A DNA stretch of 64,000 bases, from contig OX597842.1 of assembly GCA_951406725.2 (NCBI GenBank), positions 25,792,001 through 25,856,000 of the forward strand, read 5' to 3'. The stretch comes from Octopus vulgaris. Lineage: Eukaryota. The notes under the pieces are model-generated. The model was given only the letters and a program-made list of their open reading frames with translations, ran no database searches and was not told the DNA's origin. Both the position numbers and the translations under genes were made by a program. Positions 11,938 to 27,724 of this stretch are shown in pieces. Position 1 is the first letter of the stretch, and the number at the start of each line of letters is the position of its first letter.

Positions 11938-12412
11938 ATAATGGTTGTATACTGTCAACTTAACGTGACAGTAGGGGATTACACCACCTCTGTTTAACCC
12001 TAGGAAGCATCGACGCTTCTTGTCGGCTTCGACACACTTACTGTGACAATATTTCTGATTTTGGTGATCAGTGAATATACTTCACTGAAAATTTGATATA
12101 TATATTTGCGAAATCGAGACGAATATCCGCAGCTAGCAGGCTTATGCTACTCTAGACCGATGATGGGCAAAGACCCTGAAACATGCGTGTCTCTAGATGC
12201 AGGCCTAGCTGTTGGGGGTGTTTGTCCCCCTTCGTAAATATATAAGGACACAGTAAGTGTGTCGAAGCCGACAGGAAGCGTTCGATGCTTCCTAGGGCTA
12301 AACAGTGGTGGTGTAATCCCCTACTGTCACGTTAAGTTGAAAGTATACAACCATTATATTGCCCCACCACCGTACATATCTCTATGAGATATTTAGAAAT
12401 TTAATATTTCTA
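11938..12412 (+). mobile_element. Non-autonomous Penelope-like insertion (inverted arms plus hammerhead)
   Basis: ~109-bp inverted arms 11937-12045 / 12249-12358; 13-bp direct repeat ATTTATTCACATT at 11925-11937 and 12413-12425. Confidence 0.7.
12151..12197 (+). ncRNA. Type I hammerhead ribozyme (CCGAUGA variant) inside a Penelope-like insertion
   Basis: tctaga-CCGATGA-tggg caaaga ccct-GAAA-CATGCGTG-TC-tctaga; stem I extends further with bulges. Confidence 0.7.
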
Positions 12413-13884
12413 ATTTATTCACATTGTTTTGAATTAATTATGCATTATCTCATAGCTTTGAGATTTCAATGATGCGATTGTTCACTTTAGACTGAAATTG
12501 TTGGGTAAATATGAGAGGCCGGATCTGGGTGGTCTGAACATAAAACAGAATATTTGATCCACATATGGTCAGTTTAACCCTCCTCCCAACATTCAGATTA
12601 CTCTCAAATGTAAAGCTCATTTATTCATCATCATCATCATTTAGTGTCCGCTTTCCATGCTAGCATGGGTTGGACGGTTCAACTGGGGTCTGGGAGGCCA
12701 GAAGGCTGCACCAGGCCCAGTCTGATCTGGCAATGTTTCTACGACTGGATGCCCTTCCTAACGCCAACCACTCCGTGAGTGTAGTGGGTGCTTTTTACGT
12801 GCCAGACGGGGCTGGCAAATGGCCATGGTCTGATAGTGCTTTTTACATGCCACCATTAATTATGCATTATGTCATAGCTTTGAGATTTCAATGATGTGAT
12901 TGTTTATTTTTAGAGTGACATTGTAGGGTAGGTGTAAGAGGTCAGATATGGCTGGTTGAAACAGGTACAATATATTGGCCAAATATGTCCAGTTTAACCC
13001 TCTAGCATTCAGATTACTCTGCAAAATGTAATATTTATTCAGATTGTTTTGAATTAATTATGCATTATCTTATAGCTTTGAGATTTCAATGATGTGATTG
13101 TTTATTTTTAGAGTGACATTGAAGGTTTGGTGTGAGAGACCAGATCTGACCAGTTTGAACATAAAACAGGTAGAATATCTGGACCAGATATAACCGGTTT
13201 AACCCTCAGGCATCGAGATTGCTGTCAAATGTAATATTTATTCACATTGTCTTGAATTAATCCTGTATTTCTATATTTGAGAGATGAGGAATTATGAACA
13301 CTATTTACATTTGATGGATATTTCTCCTCATCTTGTCTTTTGTTAACACAAAGTTTCGGCTTTCATAGTTGACTATACTGCAGTGGTTAATGCAGTATGG
13401 TCAACTAGAGGTTCTGAGTTCAATTCCAAGCAAGACACTATTTATGTGTGTGTGTTAGTGAAGATTTGTGGTTTAGTAGTTAGGGTGTTGTACTCGTGAT
13501 TGTAAAATTGTGGTTTCAATTCCTGGATTGGGCAACACATTGTGTTCTTGACCAAAACACTTCAATTCACATTACTCCAGTCCAATCAGCTGGCAAAAAT
13601 GAGTTATCCTGTGATGGACTGGTGTCCTATCCAGGTGGGGAATATATATGCTATGAAATCAGGAAACTGGCCCTTAGGAGTCAGTATGGCACAAAAGGTA
13701 AGTTTACCTTTTTTACCAATGGCATGTAAAAAGCACCCACTACACTCTCGGAGTGGTTGGCGTTAGGAAGGGCATCCTGCTGTAGAAACCTTGCCAGATC
13801 AGACTGGAGCCTGGTGCAGCCTCCTGGCTTGCCAGTCCTGAGTCAAACCAGCCAACCTATGCCAGCATGGAAAACGGATGTTAA

Positions 13885-14952
13885 CCCTTTCGTTACTATA
13901 TTTCTGACCAAAATACACCCCTTATGTGTTTCAATTAATTTCTAACGTAATCATAAATTTAGTCTGGTTTCATTAAACAACAATAACTTTTTTATTTATC
14001 AATATATTAACGTGAATTTTGGAAGATAATTTAATGAAATGTTCTCAACCAATTCTATACTATAATTTTTGTCACAAAGTGACTCTAATTGCAGGTAGAT
14101 ACAGGTAAATTCCACAAAATATAAAATTATTAAAATTTTGTTCAAACATCGCTATAGAAAATGGGTTATTAGCTAATATTCAGTTGGGTATACAAGAAAA
14201 TTTTACGATAGAATTTGTTATTCTGGGTAACTTTCTGATACCCATAATAATATTTATGGCAAAATAGGCCTTAATTTCATTTAAGGTTGTGGGAAACCAC
14301 TAACTATCGTTTTGTTTACGTTTAGCGTAACGGTTCGTTTCCGCCGTAATGATTTCAAATAGGCTCATTCGAAAAAGTAAAAAGAAATAGTCTAAGGCTT
14401 TACTCTTCTGGGAAAGTCTGTGGCTTGGTCCAGTTTCTTCAGAAAAATCACCGAAAGAAACAGTTTTTAAATTTTCACTCCATTCAGGTGCCAATTCGTT
14501 TTCTTTATCGCTGTCGGAGCTCTCGAATTCACTGTTTTCACTTTCGGAAAATGAAACATCAGATTCATTATCAAATACCACATGCTTTTTTTTTTCAGTC
14601 ATAGAGTTAGATTTATGAAGGTCTTCAGTAGAAAATCCTTCGAATTCTGACTTGCTGCTTGATATAATGAAATTCGTATCCATTTTTTGTCAGAATTACA
14701 AATTTTGAAAACACAATAGGAACAAATTTCGGAAAAAAATCTCCCAAAATTCACGGAATTAAAATTACACTTCGATTGTTGTACAAAACTGTAGATGAAC
14801 TGTTTACGAAATATAATACGTGTTTTCACGAATGTACTAAAGAGATTTGCTCTGATATTCTCATTTATATATGAATAGGTAAATTCGGGCGGTTTGGTCA
14901 CATTAACCAAAATTTTTTTCGGGCGGCTTTGGGTGGTTTGGTATCGAAAGGG
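13885..14952 (-). mobile_element. Internally deleted piggyBac transposon
   Basis: TTAA|CCCTTTCG...CGAAAGGG|TTAA; ORF 14300-14683 has an acidic N-terminus and ETGP..ALDYFFLLF..ETNRYA typical of piggyBac transposases. Confidence 0.88.
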
Positions 14953-14960
14953 TTAAATGT

Positions 14961-14998
<38 letters not shown>

Positions 14999-15250
14999 TG
15001 TGTGTGCATATATGAATTATATATGTGTGTGTGCTTTTGAGTCTGTCTGTCTGTCTCCCACCACCACTTGACAACTGGTGTCCCTTTCAGTCCTTGTAAC
15101 CCATAGAATAAGGACCAGGTTTAGGCTTAAAAACACAAAATAAGTGCTAGGGTCGATTCATTCGATTAAGAAATCCTTTGAGGTGGTGCTGCAGCATGGT
15201 CGCAATTTAATGCCTAGAACAAGTAAAAGATTTTAAAAAATAGTAGTTAC

Positions 15251-15290
15251 CTGTTCCTCATGGGGCCAGGCATTCTATTCATGTCGCGAA
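15251..15290 (-). CDS. RBBP6: RBBP6 small exon (VRDMNRMPGPMRN)
   Basis: Acceptor ctctttgcag, donor gtaact; 40 nt, phase 1-2 bridges the flanking exons. Confidence 0.8.
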
Positions 15291-15678
15291 CTGCAAAGAG
15301 AGAACATAATTCTGTGGGTTACCATAGAGAAAGGATGAGAGAAAAATGAAAAACAACAGAAACTAAAAGATGAAGGCAAACCTATAAGAAGATGGGTTTG
15401 GGTGGAGATTGCAAGATGAGAAAACAACGCAAAGCCCTTGTGAGTGGATTTAGTAAACGGAGACCAAAAGAAGCCCATTGTGTATGCGTCAGTGTGTGTG
15501 TGTGTATGTATGTATTTATATACAAATAAGAAAATGGAGGAACAGATTCCTTTCAATCATCAACTTACAGATAATACCAATTCATATAATTTATTAACTA
15601 ATTAAATAGGAACATCCAAATCCAACAGAATAAAACAATAAGTAAGATAATACCATAAAAATATTACATGTAAAATGG

Positions 15679-16053
15679 ATCTTACAGCTGTTTCAGCCTG
15701 TAGATAAAGGTATCTCATTGTGCCTATATTATTCAAATGTATTGAGGTAATATGCAGTTAAAAATGAGTTACTTATATATGTCTTGCAAACAACTTGCAC
15801 ATGCAAGTGCTACCAGTTAAAAGCTCCGTATACCGGAAGCTAGCAAGTGTATGGGGTCATCAGGAGAGAATGCGCGCTGTTTCGGGGCCTACCTCTCGAC
15901 GGCATCAATGCGCACCAGCCCCCCTCACTGATATGAGGCCCCGCTTGCTAGATCAGCTGGTTATGAAGAACTCAATATACTTCTAGCCATCGCTCATCGT
16001 CTCTTTTTAACCAAATCCAGTGGCTAGCCTAGCCTCAAGGCCTCGTCAGAGAT
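15679..16053 (-). ncRNA. Putative hammerhead ribozyme with ~338-nt insertion in loop II
   Basis: atct-CTGACGA-ggcct ... aggct-GAAA-CAGCTG-TA-agat; stems are short, so chance pairing is possible. Confidence 0.45.
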
Positions 16054-16491
16054 TATAAAGTAATAACCCCTATCTCACTTTGTACTTTTATGTACTTATA
16101 TATATACTCTTTTACTTGTTTCAGTCATTTGACTGCGGCCGAAGCCATATTGCACTAACTAATCAGTACCTTTATGTTTTAGTAAGGTCTGACTTGATAG
16201 AAAAACCTTTCATTGTTGAGTTTATTATTCAAAGACAACACAATATAGAGTGTAATGAACTGGTGGGCTTCTTTCAGCCTCCATTTACTAAATCCACTCA
16301 CAAGGCTTTGGTCAAGCCCCCCCGAGGGTGTAGTAGAAGAGACTTGCCCAAGGTACTTCACCGTGGAACTGAACCCAGATACATATGGTCGGGGAAGCAA
16401 TCTTCTTAACACACACACACCCAAGAGAAATTTCTCTTTCATGACACAGACACTACTCTGAATATTATTGTCACAAACAAAATACACTTAC

Positions 16492-16549
16492 CTAGCTGTA
16501 ACGGTCGTATGTTCCGCAGTCGAGCTCCCAACACAGGAACAGCCATACC
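16492..16549 (-). CDS. RBBP6: RBBP6 small exon (GMAVPVLGARLRNIRPLQL)
   Basis: Poly-T acceptor ttttatcag, donor gtaagt; 58 nt, phase 0-1. Confidence 0.85.
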
Positions 16550-16962
16550 CTGATAAAAAAAAAAGTTGATATTACTAATTGAAATTTTATAATGAGAGTC
16601 ATCATCATAATTAAACATCCACTTTCTCCATGCTTGCATGGGTTGGAGTGAGGCAGATCTTCCTACGGTTTGATATCCATCCTGTCACCAATCTTCACCT
16701 GCTTCCAAATAAGGTAATGTGATGGAATTCTGGTGTAAGGGTGCCATATAAACCTTGATAACTTTTATACTATTCGTATTCTTCAGAAATTTTTGGTGAA
16801 TTTCTATTCTATATGTGGGAATTGATACAATGAGGCAAAAACCAAAATAAAAAATTTTGTTGTGTGATTTAAAGGTTATTTAGCTCCTATTTTTTGCACA
16901 TCTCACAACCACCTGACACCCTCCTTGTTTGTTTGTCAGTCAACATACTGATGTTCATTATT

Positions 16963-17430
16963 TACATTATTTACATTTGACATATTTGTCCTCATCTTGT
17001 TTGTTGTTAACACAGTGTTTCGGCTGATATACTCTCCAGCCTTCATCAGGTGTCTTGGGGAAATTTCGAACCTGGGTTCTCATTTCAATATTATTATTAT
17101 TATTATTATTGTTAGTGTTGAGGTCACTGCTTGGAATTGAACTTGGAATCTTGGGGTTAGTAGCCCGCACTCTTAACCACTACGCCATATGCCCGTGGTT
17201 ATGGGTGCTGGCTACTAACCCCAAGATTCCGAGTTTGATTCCAAGCAGTGAACGACGACAAGGACAACGAAAAATACCTTAGGAATGAGAACCCAGATTT
17301 GAAATTTCCCCAAGACACTTGATGAAGGCCGGAGGGTATATCAGCCGAAACGTTGTATTAACAACAAACAAGATGAGGACAAATATCCATCGAATATAAA
17401 TAATGTAATTAATTCATCTCTTAAATATAG
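16963..17430. mobile_element. Head-to-head palindromic element: tRNA-like head plus minimal hammerhead
   Basis: Inverted arms of ~125 bp each carry (C/T)TGATGAaggc..gccGAAAC; tRNA-like head with A/B boxes at 17122-17194 (-). Confidence 0.65.
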
Positions 17431-17882
17431 AAGAACTATATTGATGTTCTTCAATATCTTTCTCCCCCATAAGTATATTTAATGGTCTATTACTGAGATT
17501 TAAGCTAAAACTTCGGACTATCCATATTTTAAACTGATTTTATTTGTTTTTTTTTAATTTTGCAAAAATAAATAAAATAGTTTTGGGAGGAAAAATTTTT
17601 TTTTTGTTTCATAGTCTTGTGAATTCCCTAACCCTAAAAATCCTTTCTGCTATAGGCACGAAACCTGAAATTTGGAGGAGAGGGAAAATCAATTACACTG
17701 ATGCCAGCGCTCAACTGATACTTATTTTATCAATCCCAAAAGGATGAAAGGCAAAGCCGACTTAGGTGGAATTTGAACTCCGAACGTAAAGATAGACAAA
17801 ATGCTGCTAAGAGTTTGCCCGGCATGCTAACAATTCTGTCATCTCGCCTCCTTAATAATACTACAAATACTAATAACAATAA

Positions 17883-18218
17883 AGGTGCATGGCTCAGTGG
17901 TTAGAGTGTTGAGCTTACGATCATGAAGTTGTGAGTTCGAATCCCAGACCAGTCTGCGTGTTGTGTTCTTGAGCAAGACACTTTATTTCGTGTTGCTCCA
18001 GTTCACTCAGCTGTAGAAATGAGTTGTGATGTCACTGGTGCCAAGCTGTATCAGCCCCTTTGCCTTTCCCTTGGATAACACTGGTGGCATGGAGAGGGGA
18101 GGCCAGTATGCATGGGCAACTGCTGGTCTTCCACAAACCACCTTGCCCGGACTTGTGCCTGGGAGGGTAACTTTCTAGGTGCAATCCCATGGTCTGTGTC
18201 ATGACCGAAGGGGGTTTC
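17883..18218 (+). mobile_element. tRNA-derived SINE family B
   Basis: tggctcagtgg/gttcgaatcc boxes, ttgagcaagacacttt core; inverted copy at 49892-50225. Confidence 0.8.
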
Positions 18219-18449
18219 AGACTAATAACAATAATGGTTTCAAATTTTGCCACAAGGGCAGCAATTGTAGGGTAGGCGATAATTCAATTACATTGACCCC
18301 GAAAGGATGAAAGGCGAAGTTGACCTCACCAGAATTTGAACTCAGAACGTAGCGACAGGCAAAATACTGCTAAGCATTTCATCCAGCGTGCTAACAATTC
18401 TGCCAGCTTGCCACCTTAATAATACTAATGCTAATAATAATAATAATAA

Positions 18450-18838
18450 TCTCTCTCTATATAAAGCTGAAGTTGTCTGTGTATGGCAAGTTTGGTAGCC
18501 TTCAACTATTACTATCTCCTCCGAGACCCTGTGGTGCAAGTTGACCAAAATTGAGAGTATGATAGAAGAAGGTTTGCTCTTCCTTCTGGGGAAGAAAACT
18601 TCAAATCAGACCATGTTAAGACCAAAAATTATTTTCATCAAAAGGTGCTTTTTTCTATGAAAATCCCTATTTTTTACAATTTTTTGGCTGCTGTGTCGCC
18701 ATTTTTTGGTGTATTTCTACCAGAAAAATGTTCACTTAAAGAGAACAACAAGCTACATAATGCAAAATTTTTACTTTTCAAAAATTCCAATTCTAAAGAG
18801 TCGAAACAAACCTGAGCAACGCCAGGCGATACTGCTAG
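18450..18838 (+). mobile_element. Non-autonomous Helitron
   Basis: TC...cctgagcaacgccagg..CTAG between A and T, no TSD. Confidence 0.75.
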
Positions 18839-18888
18839 TAGTAATAATAATACTGTTGCTAGTAATAATAATAATAATAATCCTTTAC

Positions 18889-18967
18889 CTTATGTGGTTC
18901 TCCAGGTCGGTGGCTAATGGGTTTATCATCGTGAAGTGGATTCGGTCCCTGCTCACCAGAGGGCAGC
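18889..18967 (-). CDS. RBBP6: RBBP6 small exon (LPSGEQGPNPLHDDKPISHRPGEPHK)
   Basis: Acceptor ttttcag, donor gtaaag; 79 nt, phase 2-0. Confidence 0.82.
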
Positions 18968-19225
18968 CTGAAAATTGATCAAAAGAGAGAGAGAGACCCA
19001 GAGTTTAGCAGATCAGAAACAAACAGCTCCACAGCTGGCAACCCGTCATTAAACAGTAAGGCAACTGCCACCCAAAGACACATCTAAACCATTTAGCAAA
19101 CCACCCAATGTAACCTCTAAGTGGTTGTCAGAAATAACAGCCAACTACTGAATTAGAAGAAGCTCTGATAATATAAGCATTACCAATGCCGCATACTTAA
19201 CGAAGGCCCAATTTTCAACACACAC

Positions 19226-22600
<3,375 letters not shown>

Positions 22601-22602
22601 TA

Positions 22603-24120
22603 TAAAAATTTATCTTAATATTTCCATTCGTTGTTACTACGTTTATTCATACATTGTTACGAAAATTTAACCTTTAAGGCTACTTTCAAGCCTTCGCCAT
22701 AACTTGATTTATCTTTCTATCTCTCTCTCTACAAAATTTAACCTTAGGCGAGGCTACCTCAAGCCGTAATCCCATCTCTTCCCATCTTTCAGCCATCTTT
22801 CAGCCATCTTTCAGCCTTGGCGGTCTTTTTTTTTTTTTTTTTTTTTTTTTTCCTCCTCTTACCATTACGATTCTACAATTTAAATTCCCAATTCAACTAA
22901 CTTACTTCTTAAATTTCAACTCCCGATCGATGTCCGCAGCAAGTTCTTTAAAAATTTATCTTAATATTTCCATTCGTTGTTACTACCGTTTATTCATACA
23001 TTGTTACGAAAATTTAACCTTTTAAGGCTACTTTCAAGCCTTCGCCATAACTTGATTTATCTTTCTATCTCTCTCTCTACAAAATTTAACCTTAGGCGAG
23101 GCTACCTCAAGCCGTAATCCCATCTCTTCCCATCTCTTCCCATCTTTCAGCCATCTTTCAGCCTTGGCGGTCTTTTTTTTTTTTCCTCCTCTTACCATTA
23201 CGATTCTACAATTTAAATTCCCAATTCAACTAACTTACTTCTTAAATTTCAACTCCCGATCGATGTCCGCAAAAGTTCTTTAAAAATTTATCTTAATATT
23301 TCCATTCGTTGTTACTACGTTTATTCATACATTGTTACGAAAATTTAACCTTTTAAGGCTACTTTCAAGCCTTCGCCATAACTTGATTTATCTTTCTATC
23401 TCTCTCTCTACAAAATTTAACCTTAGGCGAGGCTACCTCAAGCCGTAATCCCATCTCTTCCCATCTCTTCCCATCTTTCAGCCATCTTTCAGCCTTGGCG
23501 GTCTTTTTTTTTTCCTCCTCTTACCATTACGATTCTACAATTTAAATTCCCAATTCAACTAACTTACTTCTTAAATTTCAACTCCCGATCGATGTCCGCA
23601 GCAAGTTCTTTAAAAATTTATCTTAATATTTCCATTCGTTGTTACTACGTTTATTCATACATTGTTACGAAAATTTAACCTTTTAAGGCTACTTTCAAGC
23701 CTTCGCCATAACTTGATTTATCTTTCTATCTCTCTCTCTACAAAATTTAACCTTAGGCGAGGCTACCTCAAGCCGTAATCCCATCTCTTCCCATCTTTCA
23801 GCCATCTTTCAGCCTTGGCGGTCTTTTTTTCCTCCTCTTACCATTACGATTCTACAATTTAAATTCCCAATTCAACTAACTTACTTCTTAAATTTCAACT
23901 CCCGATCGATGTCCGCAGCAAGTTCTTTAAAAATTTATCTTAATATTTCCATTCGTTGTTACTACGTTTATTCATACATTGTTACGAAAATTTAACCTTT
24001 TAAGGCTACTTTCAAGCCTTCGCCATAACTTGATTTATCTTTCTATCTCTCTCTCTACAAAATTTAACCTTAGGCGAGGCTACCTCAAGCCGTAATCCCA
24101 TCTCTTCCCATCTTTCAGCC
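22603..24120. repeat. ~330-bp tandem repeat, ~4.6 copies
   Basis: Units start at 22603, 22949, 23281, 23611 and 23928 and are nearly identical. Confidence 0.95.
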
Positions 24121-25117
24121 ATTGGCGGTGCGCCCCGCCCCCCCACCCCCACCACCAATACCGATGAACACTGTTCTCACCCCCACCACCAATACCGGTG
24201 AACACTGTTCTCACCGCCAACACCACCAATACTGGTGAACACTGTTCCTCACCCCCCACCACCAATACCAGTATACCCTGTCCTCACCATCTACACCGGA
24301 TACGCCTTACTCATCTACACCGGGTAAGCCCTACTCCCTCCTCCTCCCCCACTACCCCTTCTCCTCATATGCTTTCACTGTGAAAAGACAAGCTGCTAGC
24401 GCCATAGCTCATCAACTGCCCACCGATCTTACGCTTCCTCCGGACACTGCTTCATTCCGACTATCCCCCTTTAGCACCCTCCCGCCTCGTAATATCCTAC
24501 GTTTTTATTTCTTAGGAACCTACACCAACCCTTCCTGCCATCGTTCCTCCTTACCCCAACCTTCCCCACTGGTTGCTCCCCTATATTACCCACCTCAACT
24601 GGACCCCCCTCCCCAACTCAACTCTAGAATATCTGTATTCTTTCCTCTACCTAATAACGTTACTCAGTGATGATAACGAATGTCTTTATTTCTTAGGAAC
24701 CTACACCAACCCTTCCTTACTCAGTGACGATAAATGCTGTGACTACAAAGACCTGGGCTGCTTTCTGCAGCAATTCCACATACCCCCTACTCATTCTAAG
24801 TACCCCAGATCCCCAAAGTACCCTGGATCCCCAAAGTACCCCGGACCTCGTTGCCCCCGTGCCGCTGACACGTTAAAATGCTCGAACCGATCGTGACGAT
24901 GCCGGACCCTCCGGCCCCTGTGCAGGTGGCACGTAAAAAGCACCCAATCCACTCACGGAGTGGTTGGCGTTAGGAAGGGCATCCAGCCGTAGAAACTCTG
25001 CCAGATTCAGACTGGAGCCTGGTGCGGCCCCTGGCTTCCCAGACCCGGTCAAACCGTCCAACCCGTGCTAGCGCGGAAAGCGGACGTTAAACGATGATGA
25101 TGATGATGATGATGATG

Positions 25118-25580
<463 letters not shown>

Positions 25581-26000
25581 GATATATATATATATATATG
25601 CACATATGGGTACAGGTCATCAAAAAAACGTTGAACACAATGAGAAACGAAAGCATAAAAACATGGAAACAAACTTTTTTCAAACAAAGAAAATACAGAG
25701 TACAAGACATACAACACAAGGAATATTCCCCTTCTTCAGTTGTCCCTGTTTCGTCTACTCCGTGCTTCGAAGGTAAGGACAAGTACTTTATATATATATA
25801 TATATATTGGTAAAAACGGTAAGATAACAAAAGAAAGAAAGAGACGTCAATATTATGTAAATAGAGGACAATTATTCAATATATACATATATATGTATAT
25901 ATATATATAGAGATGGCCAGATAACCGAAGAGATGGTGTTGTGGATTTCCACCTCAGCATCCAAAACTCAGAGTTTTATCTTGGCTATTGAATAATTGTC

Positions 26001-26039
<39 letters not shown>

Positions 26040-26161
26040 ATATAAAGTACTGCAGTTAATTTCTTCAACTAAGTTCCTTCAAAGCAGTGCTATGCTCCGG
26101 CATGGCCACAGTCCAAAGGTTGAAAATAAGTAAAAGATAAGAGGTACAAGATAGAAGATAC

Positions 26162-26693
26162 CTTGAATCTGTTGGCGCAACTAACGGTGTGTGAACCGGA
26201 TGCTGAGGATGTGCTCCAGCAGGGGGTGCAGCCAGTGGAACCCCTTCCGCTGCCGTAGCAGTTGCTGCTGCCGCTGGTGCCGGTGCAGGGGCCACCACCG
26301 CTGCTGCTGCCGCTGTCCCTAGCGGAGCGGAGGTAGCAGCGGCTGGCGGCAAGGCCTGTGCAGCGGACTTCTGCATCTGCTGCGGCATACCGGGGAGTTG
26401 CGCACTTGGCTGCAGCTGGTTCATCTTCAGTTGGGCCGGTTGTTGTTGTTGCTGCTGCGGTGGTTGTTGTTGTTCCTGCTGCTGTGATGGTGGTGGCTGT
26501 GGCTGCTGCTGTTGTTGCTGCTGCTGGGCTACTATCTGGTCCCGTTTCACCTTGGTGTAACCGGTCTGATTGTGGTAGTTGATGACCGCCTGACGTAGGA
26601 GGATGTTGCTGATCAGCTTGTCTGGGGAGACATCTATCTCGTGGCAAGACGGGCACTCGTGGTCCTCGCTGTCCAGGAGGGCATTGCGCACAC
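26162..26693 (-). CDS. RBBP6: RBBP6 exon: RING C-terminal half plus polyQ/Ala/Pro region
   Basis: VRNALLDSEDHECPSCHEIDVSPDKLISNILLRQAV; acceptor tttgcag, donor gtatct; 532 nt, phase 1-2. Confidence 0.93.
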
Positions 26694-26699
26694 CTGCAA

Positions 26700-27214
26700 A
26701 TGGGAGAAGACAAAGGCTTAGGGTTAGAGACTGAGAGAGAGGGGGAGAGAGAGAGAGAGAAGAGGGAGAATGGAGAAGAGAGAGAGAGAGAGAGAGAGAA
26801 TGCAAAAGATAGAGAGAATAGAGAAGAGAGAGACATGGAGAATAGAGAAAGACAGAGGGAAAGAGAGTCAGATAGAGAAGGGGAAAGAAAGACAGATGGG
26901 GAAGAGAGAGGGAGAGAAAGAAAATGGAGAGAGATGAGAAATAGAGACAGAATAGGGAAGAGAGAGATGAGGACAGAGATAGGAAAAGAGAGAGAGAGAG
27001 AGAGATCAGGGAAAGAGGAGAGAGAGATGGGGAAAGTGAGAGGACATTGGATGAAGAGAGACATGGATAGTGATGGGAAAAGAGGAAAAATAGAGAATAG
27101 AGAAAAATAGGCAAAGAGAGAGAGAGAGAGAGATATGGGAAAAGAGAAAGACAGAGCTGAGGAAAGAGAGAGAGAGAGAGAGATGAACAGAGAGAGGCAG
27201 AGATAGAGAGTAAG

Positions 27215-27259
<45 letters not shown>

Positions 27260-27545
27260 CACACAGATGGTGAGAGATGGGAAGAGAGAGAAACAGACAG
27301 AAATAGGGAAAAGAGAGAGACAGACAGAGATGAGGGAAAGAGAGAGACAGAGATGGGGACAAAGAGAGACAGATAGAAAGAGAGTAAGACTGGCAGAGAG
27401 AGAGAGAGAGAAAGAGAGAAACACACACAGATGGTGAGAGATGGGAAGAAAGAGATACAGAGATGGAGAGAGAGAGAGAGAGATGGAGACACACACACAC
27501 ACACAAACAAACAGAGATGGTAAGAGAGGTGAAAGATGGGAGAAA
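26700..27545. repeat. GA-rich low-complexity intron
   Basis: Almost entirely purine on + strand with (GA)n runs. Confidence 0.9.
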
Positions 27546-27551
27546 ACTTAC

Positions 27552-27724
27552 ATTCGTCACAAAAGCTGTTACCACAGCATGGTATGACCACAGCATCGGT
27601 CAGCAATTCATTACAGAGAGGACAGAGGAGCTCACTAGGGGCAGATACAACGGCAGCAGTGGTCACTGGGGTCGGGTCAGGCAGGAATGGCGGGCGTTCC
27701 TTCTTGCCCATCTTGTAGGCCATT
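27552..27724 (-). CDS. RBBP6: RBBP6 exon: GKKERPPFLP plus RING N-terminal half
   Basis: ELLCPLCNELLTDAVVIPCCGNSFCDE; acceptor caacag, donor gtaagt; 173 nt, phase 2-1. Confidence 0.96.

Noticed and set aside
17122-17194. Functional tRNA gene
   Set aside because: Acceptor stem is poor and it is embedded in a repeat; treated as a tRNA-derived head, like the SINE heads at 17883, 25277 and 57461
25720-25765. Minus-strand GAAAC followed by CTGAAGA
   Set aside because: Order and spacing leave no room for stems I and III
26065-27723. 552-aa ORF as a single-exon gene
   Set aside because: It is two RBBP6 exons joined through a CT-rich intron with canonical splice sites
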